Below, one piece after another: positions 1-13,035 of a stretch of 64,000 nucleotides of DNA (position 1 is its first letter; every line of letters starts with the position of its first letter). Location: NCBI GenBank assembly GCA_030324005.1, contig JARDVH010000025.1, positions 53,424,026-53,488,025 of the forward strand, written 5' to 3'. Source of the stretch: Negaprion brevirostris. Taxonomy: Eukaryota. The translations under genes were made by a program, and so were the position numbers. The notes under the pieces were generated by a model. The model searched no databases. It was not told the DNA's origin and saw only the letters and a program-made list of their open reading frames with translations.

Positions 1-395
1 GAGGTTGAGGGGAGACCTGAGAGGAGTCTACAAGATCATGAGAGGCATGGACAGAGTGGACAGTCAGAAGCTTTTTCCCAGGGTGAAAGAGTCAATTACT
101 AGCTGGCACAGGTTTAAGGTGCGAGGGGCAAGGTTTAAAGGAGATGTACAAGGCAGATTTTTTGCACAGAGAGCGGTGGGTACCTGGAACTCGTTGCCAG
201 GGGAGATAGTGAAAGTGGATACAGTACTGACTTTTAAGGGGCGTCTTGACAAATACATGAATAGGTTGAGAATAGGGGGATATGGTCCCCGGAAGGGTCG
301 GGGGTTTTAGTTAAGTCGGGCAGCATGGTCGATGCCGGCATGGAGGACCGAAGGGCCTATTCCTGTGCTATAATTTTCTTTGTTCTTCGTTCTTT
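1..395 (+). mobile_element. CR1-type LINE 3' end
   Basis: ORF 5-310 (RGDLRGVYKIMRGMDRVDSQKLFPRV...FKGRLDKYM) is the CR1 ORF2 C-terminus; followed by a gaagggcc 3' UTR and a ttctttgttc-type tail. Confidence 0.9.
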
Positions 396-720
396 AAAGA
401 CACTCAATGACCTGGCCTCCACAGCCCTCTGTGGCAATGAGTTCCACAGATTCACCATTCTCTGCTGAAGAAATTCCTCCTCATCTCAGTGTTAAAGGAG
501 CATCTCTTCACTCTGAGATTCCCTTGAGTTCTAGTGTCTCTCACTCATGGAAATATCCTCTCCATGTCCACTCTACCTAGGCCTCTCAGTTTTGTCTAAG
601 TTTCAATTAGATCCCCCCCTCACCCTTTTACACTCTATCGAGTATGGACGCAGACTCCTCAACCATTCCTCATATGACAAACCTTTAATTTCTGGGATCA
701 TTCTTGTGAACCTCCTCCTT
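396..720 (-). mobile_element. CR1-type LINE 3' fragment
   Basis: ggcctccacagccctctgtggcaatgagttccacagattcacc...aagaaattcctcctcatctc is the reverse complement of a CR1 ORF2 C-terminus; same subfamily as 4750-5005. Confidence 0.8.
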
Positions 721-1229
721 CTTATGATCCAATTCTATCATTGATATCTCAGGTGAAGAACATGAATTAACTGACATTGCACATGATGACAGATGATATC
801 CTACTCATGAGAGATTATATCCACCATACTTAAATGATTGTTACAAAACAAACAAGTCTTTTGTCTCATTGTATATGACTGAATACATTGGTAAATTAAT
901 ACAGAAATAAGGAATAGTAGTAATAATGATGGTGAAATTGAATGTTCACGTTATGCTTAAGTCTATCATTTACACTATTGGAAATAAAGCGTTGAGACAT
1001 TCTATGTCTCATTTAGTAAGAAGAGGGGGCACATAGTGTATTGAAAATTGTGTTGTGAATCTTGTTCATTCAAAGCGATCATACACAGATTTACCAACAG
1101 AATGAGTCTAGCAGGAACAGAAATAAAGGCTGTGATTCTCTCAAAAGCACTGAATTGGTGGGAAAACTGTTCTAGATCCCAACTGTTCTCTCCGTTCAGC
1201 TTCTCACCCAAATCTTCCAACTCTGTGCA

Positions 1230-2170
1230 CTGCAGGGGTCCCAGTCGTAAATCTCATTAAAAACACGGGGGAGTGGGGCCTATTTGCACCAGAGTCTGAC
1301 AGTTCTGGAACTCTGTCAGTTCATTGGCCAGCCCGGGATCCCCACAGTGCTGTCCCTCCAGCACCCACCCACCCGCCCCTTGCCCCGCCACCGGCCCGAT
1401 CGCAGCCCCCCGCAGCAATTTCTGGGCCAGCCCTGAACCCTTGACTCCTCCCCATCCCAGAGTTCCCCAGTGTCCAACTTCCCCCACCCCCCTTCCCCCC
1501 AGCAGTGGCACTCTCTCCATCCCTTACCCCAGCAGACCACTTCTCCAACCCACCCCAATTGCTGACCTTCCTCCATCCCAGACTGATCCTGTCTGCAGAG
1601 TGGTAGCAGGAACCCCTACACCCACCGATCGCCTCTAGGGCCCACCCTCTAGGCATTGCTCAATGCCTGGTGGGTAGTACTAAAGTGTCCGCAGGGCATA
1701 GGCGCTTTGCCCCTTGGGCAATGTCAAGGGGCATAGGTTGGCATTGTCAGGGTGCTGATGCCTGGTGGCACCATGCCCCCCCACCGCCTGAACCCATGGG
1801 GGGGGTGCCGATTGACCCCCCTTCATTCTGGCGAGGTCTCCCAGTAGTTCCCCGAATGTGGGGAGCTAGTCTAAACCCCGCCGGAATAAAGTACTCCTGG
1901 CAGGGTGGGAGATTCAATTGAGAATGTTCTCAATAACTAAATTGAAAACATATATAAAATACATGTAAAACAGATTCAAATAATTTACCTGCCTTCCCAC
2001 TGATTTCCAGTGTGGTCTGTTCTCCGACTGTTCTCTGGCCCTGGTAGATGTGCATACATTCCCAGCACGTGCACAAATCCTGGAACTAGGCCAGTAAACA
2101 GCATCTACCACCACGGCCCTCCAGAAAAGTTGCGGGTCACGATGGGAGTATCACAGCCAGAGAATCTCTA
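1230..2170. repeat. GC-rich interspersed repeat, probably a non-autonomous DNA transposon relic
   Basis: Abrupt GC- and C-run-rich block unlike its AT-rich flanks; overlapping low-complexity ORFs with no recognisable domain. Confidence 0.4.
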
Positions 2171-3729
2171 TCTTAACAGCGCTTAGTGTTTCCATTCTGA
2201 ATATCATTGAATAGCCTAATCTTTCTCCAAGACATTCACAGTGGCAGTTATACTTGAATGGCTGGCAGTGGTGCAATCTATGAGATGTGGGTGTGAGAAG
2301 TGCAAAGTGTGTGAGGGTGAAGTTTAATTATAAATGTTAAATATGGCTCATTATTGATAGAGATCTTTAGCAGTTGAGTTATGTGGATGTGGTGCAAGAA
2401 GCAATTTGTGAGGCTAATGTCACTATTGGAGCAATAAGACATTGGATATAATTCATTGACATTGACTACTCGTATGAAATTCAAATCTTTAATCCTGGCA
2501 CTCACAGCAAGGCTGCCTGCTTCCATTGACTTCACGTTTGTCTGGTGGGCATTCTGGCCTTTAGAGAGATTATATCTATCCCCTTTTGCATTTTCTGCGC
2601 TAAGACCTTCAGAGTTGCATCAGGAATCTTGGAACTCACTTTCTGTCATGTAATGCCATTCTTCTGTCTTTCCCAGATCAAAGTCAAATTAGAATTCCAG
2701 CATCTTCCCCTGTCTCAGTGCATTGCCCCTTTAAGAGGTTCCAGCTAGCTTTAAGTAGGACAGGTTAACTTCAACTTTACCTTCTGCTCAAGTGTGCGGT
2801 GACTCAACAGCGCACTTAATGCTGGCTGTGCATTATAATCATTTAAGTTAACAAGCAGCATGAAGTTTGCATGCTGCAGACATTGGAAGCAGCAGGCATA
2901 ATCATGCATTGCAGTCCCTGCGCCTGATTTTGGGCTGTGTCCAATTTTACAGCCTTTATTCTGTGAAATATAATTTAAAAGTACATGTCAGCGTTGTGTA
3001 ATACTTCCACTTGACTTCGAGCCCTTCTTCTTCTTCAAGATCCCATTGAAATAGATGTAAGGGAATTCCCAGAGTTTCAGGACAATTGTGCAAAAAGCTT
3101 TGTGCTCCTTCCAACGTTTGTAGTACATATTGTCATGGAATGTTGTTCCATGGTTCTGCCGTTTCAGTTTTTATTACTTAGTTCAGCTATAGATTGGCAG
3201 CAAATCATTTTCAAGGTAAGATTGTCCTCAACGTGCTTTAAATATAGTGGAGGTAAAATTCACTATCGGCAGGAGTGTAAAATGGGCAATAGCAATTCAA
3301 CAAGACATTTTCCACACTGGACAATCATTGATCTTTTATAAACTCAACTCTTGCTGCTGGTTACCATCACCCACCCACCCTTCTCCACCCCCACCTGGCC
3401 AGTACACATCAGGAGACCTCACGCAGAAATGTGACTTTAGATCATTGTTCAGGCGGAGAGTCACTACCAATAATTTTGAAGCTGTGATTTCTGAGTACTT
3501 TGCTGAAAATTTAAAGGCAGCTTCTGTTAGATAAAGTAATGGATTTCCTGCTGGGAATTCAATTGTTGCTGTGCTTTGAAGGGTAAGAACATGAAAGAAA
3601 TATAATTGGAAGCAAGAGGGGTGCAACATCCTCCAAACAGTCAATATTTGAGTCAGAGGTATCCCTGCCACAGGATCTATAAACCATGGAAAAGCATCAT
3701 ATTGGCAGTGTCTCAAAATCACTATATTT

Positions 3730-4420
3730 TCTGCTATTATCATGACAGTAATGTGCCAACTGTTAGAACCTTACTTGGAACCTCTTTCTATTAGGAAGTC
3801 TTTGTCTATGGCAATGACAATGACAATATTACTGAAGTTTCATGTGTCTGAATGCATCCATGTGTCTTCTGGTGACATTAGTCACTTCAGTCAATCAACA
3901 GTCCACTGCTACATTGGACCGATGACAAACATCCTATTCAGACATTTCTAAGTTTATTAATGCCACATGAATTCACAAAAGCAAGGAGAGTGAGTCATCA
4001 ACTTCTTCCAAGTGGTTGGATTCCCACCAGTACAATGTGCCATTGATGTCAGTAGCCATACAGCTATAAAAATGCCTCAAAAATGTCATGAACATAAAGG
4101 GATTTTATTTCCTAAAAGTTCACATGAATAGTAATGCAAGCCACCACATTTTCATGTTAATCCACCTCACTCAAAGACTAACATGTTTTCTCTGAGTAGG
4201 GCAGGTGTCTTGGATTGTCAGATAAGTATCAAGGTGAAGGGCTGCTTGTTCGGAGATCAGGGTGCCCCCTCAACTGATGGCATCTTTTTGGAATACAAGG
4301 ACAAATGCTATTCTGGCATTGCAAGCTGAAAGAATCATGGTGAAATGGATCACTGCGAGCCATGATCAAGGGTGGTCTTCAAGCTATCTAAAGTCATAAT
4401 TATTGCAGCTACTCGGAAGA
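3730..4420 (+). mobile_element. Decayed PIF/Harbinger DDE transposase fossil
   Basis: Collinear Harbinger/HARBI1-like motifs: SGDISHFSQSTVHCYI (ORF 3742-3951), FFQVVGFPPVQCAIDVSSHTAIKMP (4003-4077; cf. GFPxVxGAIDCTH), NIKGFY (~4091; cf. NRKGFHS) and GCLFGDQGAP (4240-4269; cf. GWLLGDxGYP). Broken by frameshifts and stops. Confidence 0.8.
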
Positions 4421-4749
4421 GATATATGTCTTTGACTGATATGCTGAGGTCTCACCGAGCTCCCAAATTGAAAGTCACCCAGGGTGTCTCTCATTTCATG
4501 TGATTCCTCTGGTATCGTGAGCCACTATAAGCTTTCCATCATGTACACTTCCACTTGAAATCTATGCTCCTGGATCATGGTCATTTTAAAGACCTACTCA
4601 CAAGATCCTATTCCTTAAACTCTTCAGGTAAGGGCAACAGTTGATGCCTGACCTCTTTTGCATGGGAGCCTTTTGTTTCATTTATCTTAATCAGCTTGGT
4701 GAGGCTGTGTGCAATGTGGTAAATATTGACCACCATAAGCCATATGACT

Positions 4750-5005
4750 ATAAGCTCATAAGACATAGGAGTAGAATTAGGCCACTCAGCCCATCGAATC
4801 TGCTTGCCATTCAATCATGGCTGATATTTTTCTTATTCCCATTCTCCTGTCTTTCCCTCATTACCCACGATCCCCTTATTAATAAAGAACCTATTCATCT
4901 CTGTCTTAAAGACACGCAATGATCTGGCCTCCACAGCCTTCTATGGCAAAGAGTTCCACAGATTTACCACTCTCTGGCTGAAGAAATTCCTCCTGATCTC
5001 TGCTC
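4750..5005 (-). mobile_element. CR1-type LINE 3' end
   Basis: Tail cataagacataggagtagaattaggccactcagccc, followed by reverse-strand ORF2 C-terminal sequence. Confidence 0.8.
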
Positions 5006-5357
5006 CACCACCTTTCACATTCAGTCAAATTGGTTTTCTGAAACATAACTCCCTGGATGCTATAGAATTTTTATCTTCAGGCTCATGCTTTTGTGAGCAT
5101 CATTACCACCGCTTCCTTTGAGAACCTTGGTCAGACGATACTCCTGTTCCTACCATCATTTTTCCATGGTTAATTATAGCTGAAACTCTCTTTCTCGCAC
5201 ACCAAGAACAGACAGGACACAAAGTTTCCAACAGTCTTTGACAGTGCTAGAGATATAGCATGTGCATCTCTCATATTAACACACTAACTTCACAAGATGT
5301 TGGATGTGAACTCTTTCAGACTATATTTAAAAAGGAACAGAACTGTTTGCAAGAGAG

Positions 5358-5682
5358 GGAAGCGATGACCTAGTGGTATTACCGCTGAACTATTAATCCA
5401 ACTCAGCTAAGGTTCTGGGGACCCAGGTACAAATCCCACCATGGCAGTTGGTGAAATTTGAATTCAATAAAAATATCTGGAAATAAGAGTCTGAAAACTC
5501 AGCTGTTTCACTAATCTCCTTTAGCAAAGGAAATCAACCACCCTTATTTGGTCTGGATTACATGTGACTCCAGAGCCACAGCAATACGGTTGATTATTAA
5601 GTGTCCTCAGACAACTAGGAATGGGCAATAAATGTTGGCCAGCCAGTCATGCCCATGTCCCACGAATGAACAATAAAAAAAA
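5358..5682 (+). mobile_element. tRNA-headed SINE with LINE-derived tail (near full length)
   Basis: A-box-like tgacctagtgg, B-box-like ggtacaaatccc, tail ggaatgggcaataaatgttggcc...gaatgaacaataaaaaaa. Related pieces at 15027-15115, 18924-19106 and 42355-42556 (-). Confidence 0.75.
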
Positions 5683-7454
5683 GCAGGAAGCAAAATAGAA
5701 GAAAATACAATATTACAAGACCCTGAGAATATGTACCAAGTTGATTAAAGGGAGGAATGGGAGGGGTTGCAAAGCTGGAAGACTTGAATGTTCAACTGTC
5801 ATTTTCCATCCAAATTTGGATTTGAAAAGTAATTTTTTTTTTACTAACATTCCACTTTGTGTGCCTTGAGATCTCTTAACAGCTGAAGTGCAGCAGTCAA
5901 CACTTATTGCACTGTCGCAGTAAAGTTTTCACATAACTGAGGTTGTAGTTGCACAATGAGAGTTGTAAAGATTGAGATCACAAGGGTATTGGTGTCGAAC
6001 AGAGCAGTACATGAAATAATGCTGCATTTTCACTTCTAAAAGCAATTTGAAACCGAAGTTGCTAACGGCTGAATGTATTTCAAATGGGCAGCAGCTTTTC
6101 CCCAAACGTTTTCTTTATGATTAAGTAGTAATAATAAAACCGCTTCCCCTCATGATTCATCACATTAATTGATTGATTGGTGCACAGCAGCACCAGCACG
6201 GGGAAAAAATGCACCATGCGTCCAAACCAGGCAAAAAAATAGTAGAATGCAGAGTAGAATCTGTAGGTTACTGAAGCAGCTTAACTGCTGGAAGCTGCAG
6301 AAATGTTTAGTACCAGCCAAAAATCACTCCAGAGAAAACCATGGCAAAATGAAGTTAGACATTGGCAGGAAACCAGCACCCACCATACTTGCAACAGGAA
6401 TAACATACGAACAAAAATTTTAATTCCTGTATTTATTGAAGGAGTTGCTCATTGATTGATGCAACAAAACACTTAAGACCAAGGATGTTGGGGGGGGGGT
6501 ATAAATCCAATCTATGCTTTCAAGGGATGTGTGACCTATTACAAAAGGGCCTCCTAATACAATGGGCTGGATTTTACTGTCCCTCGACAAGCATGTTGAG
6601 AGGGAGTGGGGGGGGTGTCACAAAATAATGTGGTTGTCCATCCCACAATCTTCCTGATTTGGCCCATAATGGTGCCAAAATGGGCAACCCTTCCCCCCAT
6701 CATACTTAAATAAATAATTGTTAACAAGCCAATTGATCCTGATTATATGCTGCCCGTGCCATCATATGGTTGGCATGGAATTCAATCAGGAGTGGGGAAG
6801 CCATACTTAAAAGGGTGAGAAGGAAGGAGGGGTATTGTCTTTGGAGGGCGTGGGTGCCCTTTGTCCAGGTCCTATCTTAGGCAGCCCTCCTAAGATATGA
6901 CCTCCTCTTTCTACATACCCACCTACTCTCTAAACCAACTAGCCCCACCCCCTTCCCTAAGCTGCCCAAACCCTCCCTGCCCAAAACTCTAGACTTGTCT
7001 TACTCCAGGAGCCATTGGGATGCATTCTTTTGGTTGCAATCCTAGCAGCACTAACTAAAACACTTTTGGTACTGCTGGGACTGTTAGAACTCCCAGCTAA
7101 TCCAATTCCCATCCACCTCTGAGTTCGGGGGTTGCTGGGAAGATGGTGGGTGGGCACTGATAGGCTTTGAATCTACAGAGAATTTCATAGAATGCAGAAG
7201 AGCTAATAGGCTCTTCAGCTCAACTAATCCATGCCTTGTGTTCATGAGATGATTAGTTCAAGCCTTTGGATTATATACCTGGGAACATAACCGCAACAAT
7301 ACATGCTATTGCTGCAATGTTTGCATGATTTTCAATATAATTGGTTTAAAAAACCTTGGTACTTTCTATAAGCAAAATATATTGTTGCATATCATTAATA
7401 TGTCATCAACATGATTTTCACATGTAGTATACATTATTTTACATTGGAAAGTAC

Positions 7455-7940
7455 AAAAAAAAACAAAGAACAACCCAGCACGGGAAACAGGCCCTTCGGC
7501 CCAACGAGCCCGCGCCGCCACATCCTCCTACACCTACCNNNNNNNNNNNNNNNNNNNNNNNNNNNNNNNNNNNNNNNNNNNNNNNNNNNNNNNNNNNNNN
7601 NNNNNNNNNNNNNNNNNNNNNNNNNNNNNNNNNNNNNNCACTGTTAGCCACATGTTCGCCTACCTCAACCTCAACCACCTGCCCCGGCTCATTCCCCAAC
7701 ACTAAATCCAGTATAGCCCCTTCCCTAGTCGGACTAGTTACATACTGTTCTAGAGACCCTTCCAACACACATTTCACAAACTCCTCTCCCTCTGTTCCCC
7801 CAGCTCTAGGCCCCCTCCAATCCACTCCAGGAAGATTAAAGTCCCCCACTACAACCACCCTATTCTTCCTGCACCTATCCAAAATGCCCCTGCGAATGCC
7901 TTCCTCCACTGACCTCGGGCTGTTGGATGGCCTATAGTAG
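7455..7940 (-). mobile_element. Young CR1 LINE spanning a gap (3' tail and endonuclease region)
   Basis: 3' tail at 7455-7538; after the gap an uninterrupted APE endonuclease frame VVVVGDFNLPGVDW...LEQYVTSPTREGAILDLVLGNEPGQV. Confidence 0.88.
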
Positions 7941-8319
7941 TTCCAAATCTTAACACATATTAAATGTGAACCTCTTTACAGATGGGCAACATGTGTTATA
8001 TACATGATTATACATAATTATACATAAAACAATTACATAGCATGGTGTGAATCTTCAAAGGAGAAAAAGAAAGTGTATATGGGGAAGGGTAGATAAGGCA
8101 GTAGCATGGTGTGTATAGAGTGGGTGATTAGATGTGGGTAAAGTTACCGAGGCGTTAAACAAGGTTTTAACCTGCCTAACATTCCAGGTAACTAAGTCAG
8201 AAACATTCAAAGTCTCCAACTCTAGCTCAGAGACTTTTGTAGAAGATCATGTGGAGGAGGAGAATTGCCCATCAGAAGTTCAAACTTCCTGGGAAATTCC
8301 CATAGTGTCAGAGCATTAG

Positions 8320-8552
8320 GACTTATCAGAAGGCATGAAATAAGGTATCATATCAAAGGTTATTGTGAAAATAAAAACTCATGGTGTAGTGGATAACATT
8401 TTGTCATAGATAGAAGATTGACAGGCCAATAGAAAACTGAGGGTAGCCATTAATAATTCTTTCCTGGTTGGCAGATTGTGATACATGTGCCACAGGGATT
8501 AGTGCTGGTACCTCAACTTTTTGCAATTCATATAAATGACTTGGATGAAGGG
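8320..8552 (+). mobile_element. Old CR1 reverse-transcriptase fragment
   Basis: Degenerate KAFDKV.../VPQGLVLVPQLFAIHINDLDEG motifs. Confidence 0.75.
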
Positions 8553-8591
8553 TTTTTTTAATGTTGGGCAGTCATTGTGCTAAGGCACTTG

Positions 8592-9935
8592 TCATAGAAT
8601 CATACAGCACAGAAATAGGCCCTTTGATCTACCATGTTTATGCTGACCATTAAATACCAATCTATACTAATCCCATTTACCATCACTTGGTCTATAGTCT
8701 ACTGTGCCTTGGTGATTTAAGTATTCATCCAGGCGCTTCTTAAATGTTGCAAGAGTACCTGCCTCCATCACTCTCTCAGGCAGTGCATTCCATATTTCCA
8801 TTTCTCCCCCCCCCACCGTCCGATGAATTTTTTTCTCTCTGATCCTTTCTAAACCACTTGCTATGTACCTTAAATCTATGCCCTCTGGTCTTAGACACCT
8901 CTGCATGGGAAAATATTCTTACAATGTACCTAATCTATGCCTCTCATAATTGTGTATACCTCTATCAGATTCCCCACTCAGTCTTCTCTGCTCTAGGGAA
9001 AACAAACCCAATCTATCCAGCCTTCTTAAAGCGGAAACGTTCCATTCCAGGCAACATCCTGATTATTCTCCTCTGCACTCTCTCCAGTGCAGTTATGTTC
9101 TTCCAATAGTGTGGCGACCAGAGGTGCACACAATCTGTGGCCTAACCAATGTTTTATAAAGTTATAGCATGACCTCCCTGCTCTTATATTTCACGTCCTG
9201 TCTAATGAAGGCAAGAATTCTGTACGCTGCCTTCACCACCCTGTCCACCTGTGCTCCCAACTTCAGGGATCTATGATTTTGTACACCAAGGTTCTTTTGT
9301 TCCTTAGTACCTCCTAGGGACCTTCCATTCATTGTGTACATCCTACCCTTATCAGTCCTCATAGAATGCATCACTTCACACTTATCAGGATTAAACTCCA
9401 TTTGCTATTGCTCTACCCATCTTACCTGCTGATCAGTATCAGTCTACAGCCCAAAACTATCCTCTTCACTATCAAAAATGCCACCAATTTTCATGTAATC
9501 TGCAAAGTTACTAATTATACCCACAATATTCACAGCCTAGTCAATAATGTACATAGCAAACAGCAAGGTTCCCATCACTGATTTCTGTGGTACATCACTG
9601 GTCACAGGTTTCCAATCCTAAAGTCAAACTTCCAACAACACCCTTTGCCTCCTATTAACAAGCCAATTTTGGATCCAATTTGCCAACATGCCTCGGATCC
9701 GGTGGGCTCTAACTTTTTGGACCAGTCTTCCATGTCAGACCTTATCAAAGGCTGTACTGAAGTCCACGCAAAAAATTTCCACTGCACTACCCTCATCAAT
9801 ATACTTACTTTTTCAAAAAACTCAATTAAATTAGTTAGACAGGATCTCCCACAAACAAATCCATGCTGACTACCTCTGATTAATCCCTGCCTTTCCAAGT
9901 GTTGATTAATCCCGTCCCTCAAAACTTTTACCAGT
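8592..9935 (-). mobile_element. CR1 LINE, 3' ~1.35 kb (RT and C-terminus, decayed)
   Basis: ORF pieces SQHGFVCGRSCLTNLIEFFEKV, MEFNPDKCEVMH and EIWNALPERVMEAGTLATFKKRLDEYL; tail tcatagaatcatacagcacag. Confidence 0.92.
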
Positions 9936-9940
9936 AAATT

Positions 9941-10013
9941 GGTTAGCATTGCTGCCTCACAGTACCAGGGACCTGGCTTCAATTCCTGCCTTGGGCGACT
10001 GTGTGGAGTTTGC
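9941..10013 (+). mobile_element. HE1/V-SINE-like head fragment
   Basis: ggttagcattgctgcctcacagtaccagggacctggcttcaattcc...tgtgtggagtttgc matches the head of the SINE at 62633. Confidence 0.7.
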
Positions 10014-10769
10014 TTTGTGATGTCTAATTGAAGTTTGTTGAAATAAGAAAAAAATTCTTTGATACAGTACCCACTGCACTTTTAAATTGGTTCTTTTAAC
10101 TGCTCCCTGAAGGCTTGGGTTCACTTCTGATATTGGAGAAGAAATGTAATCAGTGAACGATGAAATAAATCCTTTGGTCGTTTGTGATCTATTGAAAGAT
10201 TGTTGTTTTCTCAGTGGGATATCATACAAAGAAGGCCATAATGTGCAGTGGGTGACATCACTTACTACAACAACAAAAAATCAGGAAATATTTAAAACAG
10301 TGATCAATAGAAACCAGGAGAAATATATCACACTTAAAAGCAAGAACAAACAAGCCAGTAATGAAACATCATGGATGAATAAAGAAATAAAAGAACATTA
10401 CATAACTAAAATAAAAGGCACTGACCAGGTAAAAGGATAGGATGTAAGAAATCAGCCAGGACCCATTGGGATGTTAAGTCCAGAGACAAAAGAGGCATAA
10501 ATGAAGATTTCAGCAGCAGGTGAAGTGAGTATTTTAATGTACAGAGGTGAAAATAGACAGTCTTAGTGATGGTGTGAATATGTATACAGAAGCTCATCTC
10601 AAGATAAAATATGACACTATGATTGTGAACTTTCATCTGTTGCTAGGGAAAGGAATGGAACTGATTTGATTTGATAAGGTAAATCAGGGACAAAGTTTGG
10701 AATGGGAACCAAAAAAAAACAGCTTTAGTCTTAATCTTATTGGAGGAAGTTTTATCATCGATTAAAAAT

Positions 10770-11205
10770 CACAAGTAGCAGAAGACCCAGCACTGATCCC
10801 TGTGGTACACCGCTGGTAAGTTATGTTTTCTGCATGCCTACTCTCATATTCTATTTTCCCCTTCCAAATCAAACCCTTTGTCCTCCTCTGCTGGAATTTA
10901 AATTTCTCCCAGTCCTCAGGTTTGCTGCTTTTTCTGATCAATTTATCTGCCCCCTCTTTGGCTTTAACACTATCCCTGATTTCCCTTGTTAGCCATGGAT
11001 AAGCCACCTTTCCCATTTTACTCTTACATCAGATAGGGATGTAGAGTTGTTGAAGTTCGCCCATGTGTTCTTAAATGTCTGCCATTTCCTAACCACTGTC
11101 AATCCTACAAGTATCCTATGCCAGCTTTTCCAAGCCAATACACATCTCATGCCATCAAAGTTAGTTTTCCTCAAGTTCAGGAGCCAAGTGCCAGATAGTG
11201 AATGC
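10770..11205 (-). mobile_element. CR1 ORF2 fragment (EN-RT linker)
   Basis: PWLTREIRDSVKAKE...KPEDWEKFKFQQRRTKGLI and LNLRKTNFDGMR. Confidence 0.8.
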
Positions 11206-11539
11206 CACACAGATACTTAAGGAATGATATAAAACATGTTGAAGGAACTATAGCTAGACAGTTTAACATAAGCAGGATGTTAAAAATGATGGAATGTCTA
11301 CTAAAGGAGAAACAGGAAATAAAGTTAGAAGCTTGAAATATAGGCTGGAATTATCCAGCCCTATCCCCTACCCCATTGTAGGTCTTCCTGTGTGGAGGAT
11401 TTTCTGGTCCTGTCGAAGTCAATGGCATTTGCATAGTTCACCGATCCTGTTGCCAGGAAATCCATGGCAGGAGCTGACTTGTCAGGACCTGAAGATTCCA
11501 CCGGTTGGAAGGGCTGGACTGGACTATCACACCCATGGT

Positions 11540-11835
11540 AATGAACAGTCAACTTGAATTGCAAAAGGGAAAAGCTTGCTTGGTGAATCTCACTGAATTC
11601 TTCAAAAAGGTGACGGATAGAGTTGACAAGAGTAAAGGATTGAAGTAATATATCTCGATTTTCAAAAAAGATCTTTAATAAGGTATAATATAACAAACAA
11701 AGCATGCAGAGATGGGGCGAATCGCTAAATGGATAGCTAGGTGAAAGACAGAAAACAGAGCCTGGGTAAGGATAACCTTTCAAAGCAGCATGAGGCCGGG
11801 AATGAGGTCTCACAAGGATTAGTGCTGAGGTCACT
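11540..11835 (+). mobile_element. Old CR1 RT fragment
   Basis: Degenerate CLVNLTEFFKKVTDRVD...IYLDFQK.FNKV...SQGLVL motifs. Confidence 0.65.
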
Positions 11836-11899
11836 ATTTTTTTTTTCAAATTCATATTAGGCTTTGGAACTAAAAAATACATTGGGCTGGATTTATTTC

Positions 11900-13035
11900 T
11901 CTCCATCAAAGTGGGAAATTTGGTAACCAGCCCAACTTCATCATGGGAGAGGCTTAACCTCTGCAACTGGTTCCTAGACTTCCTAACCCTCAGTAAAGAA
12001 AGGCAACAACAGCTCCTCCACAATCATCCTCAATACCATTGCCCCACAAGGCTGTGTCCTCAGCCCCTTGCTNNNNNNNNNNNNNNNNNNNNNNNNNNNN
12101 NNNNNNNNNNNNNNNNNNNNNNNNNNNNNNNNNNNNNNNNNNNNNNNNNNNNNNNNNNNNNNNNNNNNNNNNCCACAAGGCTGTGTCCTCAGCCCCTTGC
12201 TATACTCCTTAAACACCTACAACTGTGTGGCCAATTTTCCCTCCAACTTGATTTTCAAATTTGCTGATGATACCACCATAGGGGGTCGGATCTCAAACAA
12301 TGATGAGACAGAGCACAGGAATGAGATAGAGAATCTGGTGAAATCTCCCTCAATATAACAAAACATAGGAGATAGTTATTGACTTCAGGGCGTGTACTGG
12401 AGGACATGCCCCTGCATACATCAATGGGGATGAAGTGGAAACGGTTGAAAGCTTCAAGTTTCCAGGTGTCCTGGTCCCTCATGTCAACACTATAGTTAAG
12501 AAAGCCTATCAATACCCCTATTTTCTTAGGAGGTTCAGGAAATTTGGCATGTCTGCTACAACTCTCATCAACTTTTACAGATGCACTGTAGAAAACATTC
12601 TTTCTGATTGTATCACAAGTTGGTAAGGGTCCTACTCTGTCCAAAACCACAATAGACTACAAACGGTAATGAACGAAATCCAGTCTATCATATAAACCAG
12701 TCTCTCATCCATTGATTCTATTAATACTTTCCGCTGTCTTGGAAAAGCGACCAGCATAATCAAAGATCCCTCGCACCCCGGACATGCTCTCTTCCACCTT
12801 TTGCCATCAGGAAAAGATACAAAGATCTGAGGACAAGTGCTAACTGACTCAAGAACAGTTTCTTCCCTGCTGCCATCAGAATTTTGAATGGACCTACCTC
12901 ATATGAAATTGATCTTTCTCTACAACTTAGCTATGACTGTAATATTACATTCTGCACTCTCTCCTTTCCTTCTCTATGAATACTTTTCATTGTATACTGA
13001 TACATGTGACAATAATAAAATCAAATCAAAATCAA
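11900..13035 (+). mobile_element. Rex1/Babar-like LINE 3' part (RT, decayed)
   Basis: LCNWFLDFLT, PQGCVLSPLLYSL, FKFADDTT, YFLRRFRKFGMS...NFYRCTVENILSDCITSW; tail aataataaaatcaaatcaaaatcaa. Confidence 0.85.

Noticed and set aside
1257-1921. Cluster of overlapping Gly/Pro-rich ORFs
   Set aside because: A by-product of GC-rich repeat sequence; no domain or splice structure.
12043-12201. Identical ~29-bp direct repeat flanking a 100-N gap
   Set aside because: Overlapping contig ends inside one LINE RT motif (PQGCVLSPL); an assembly artefact.
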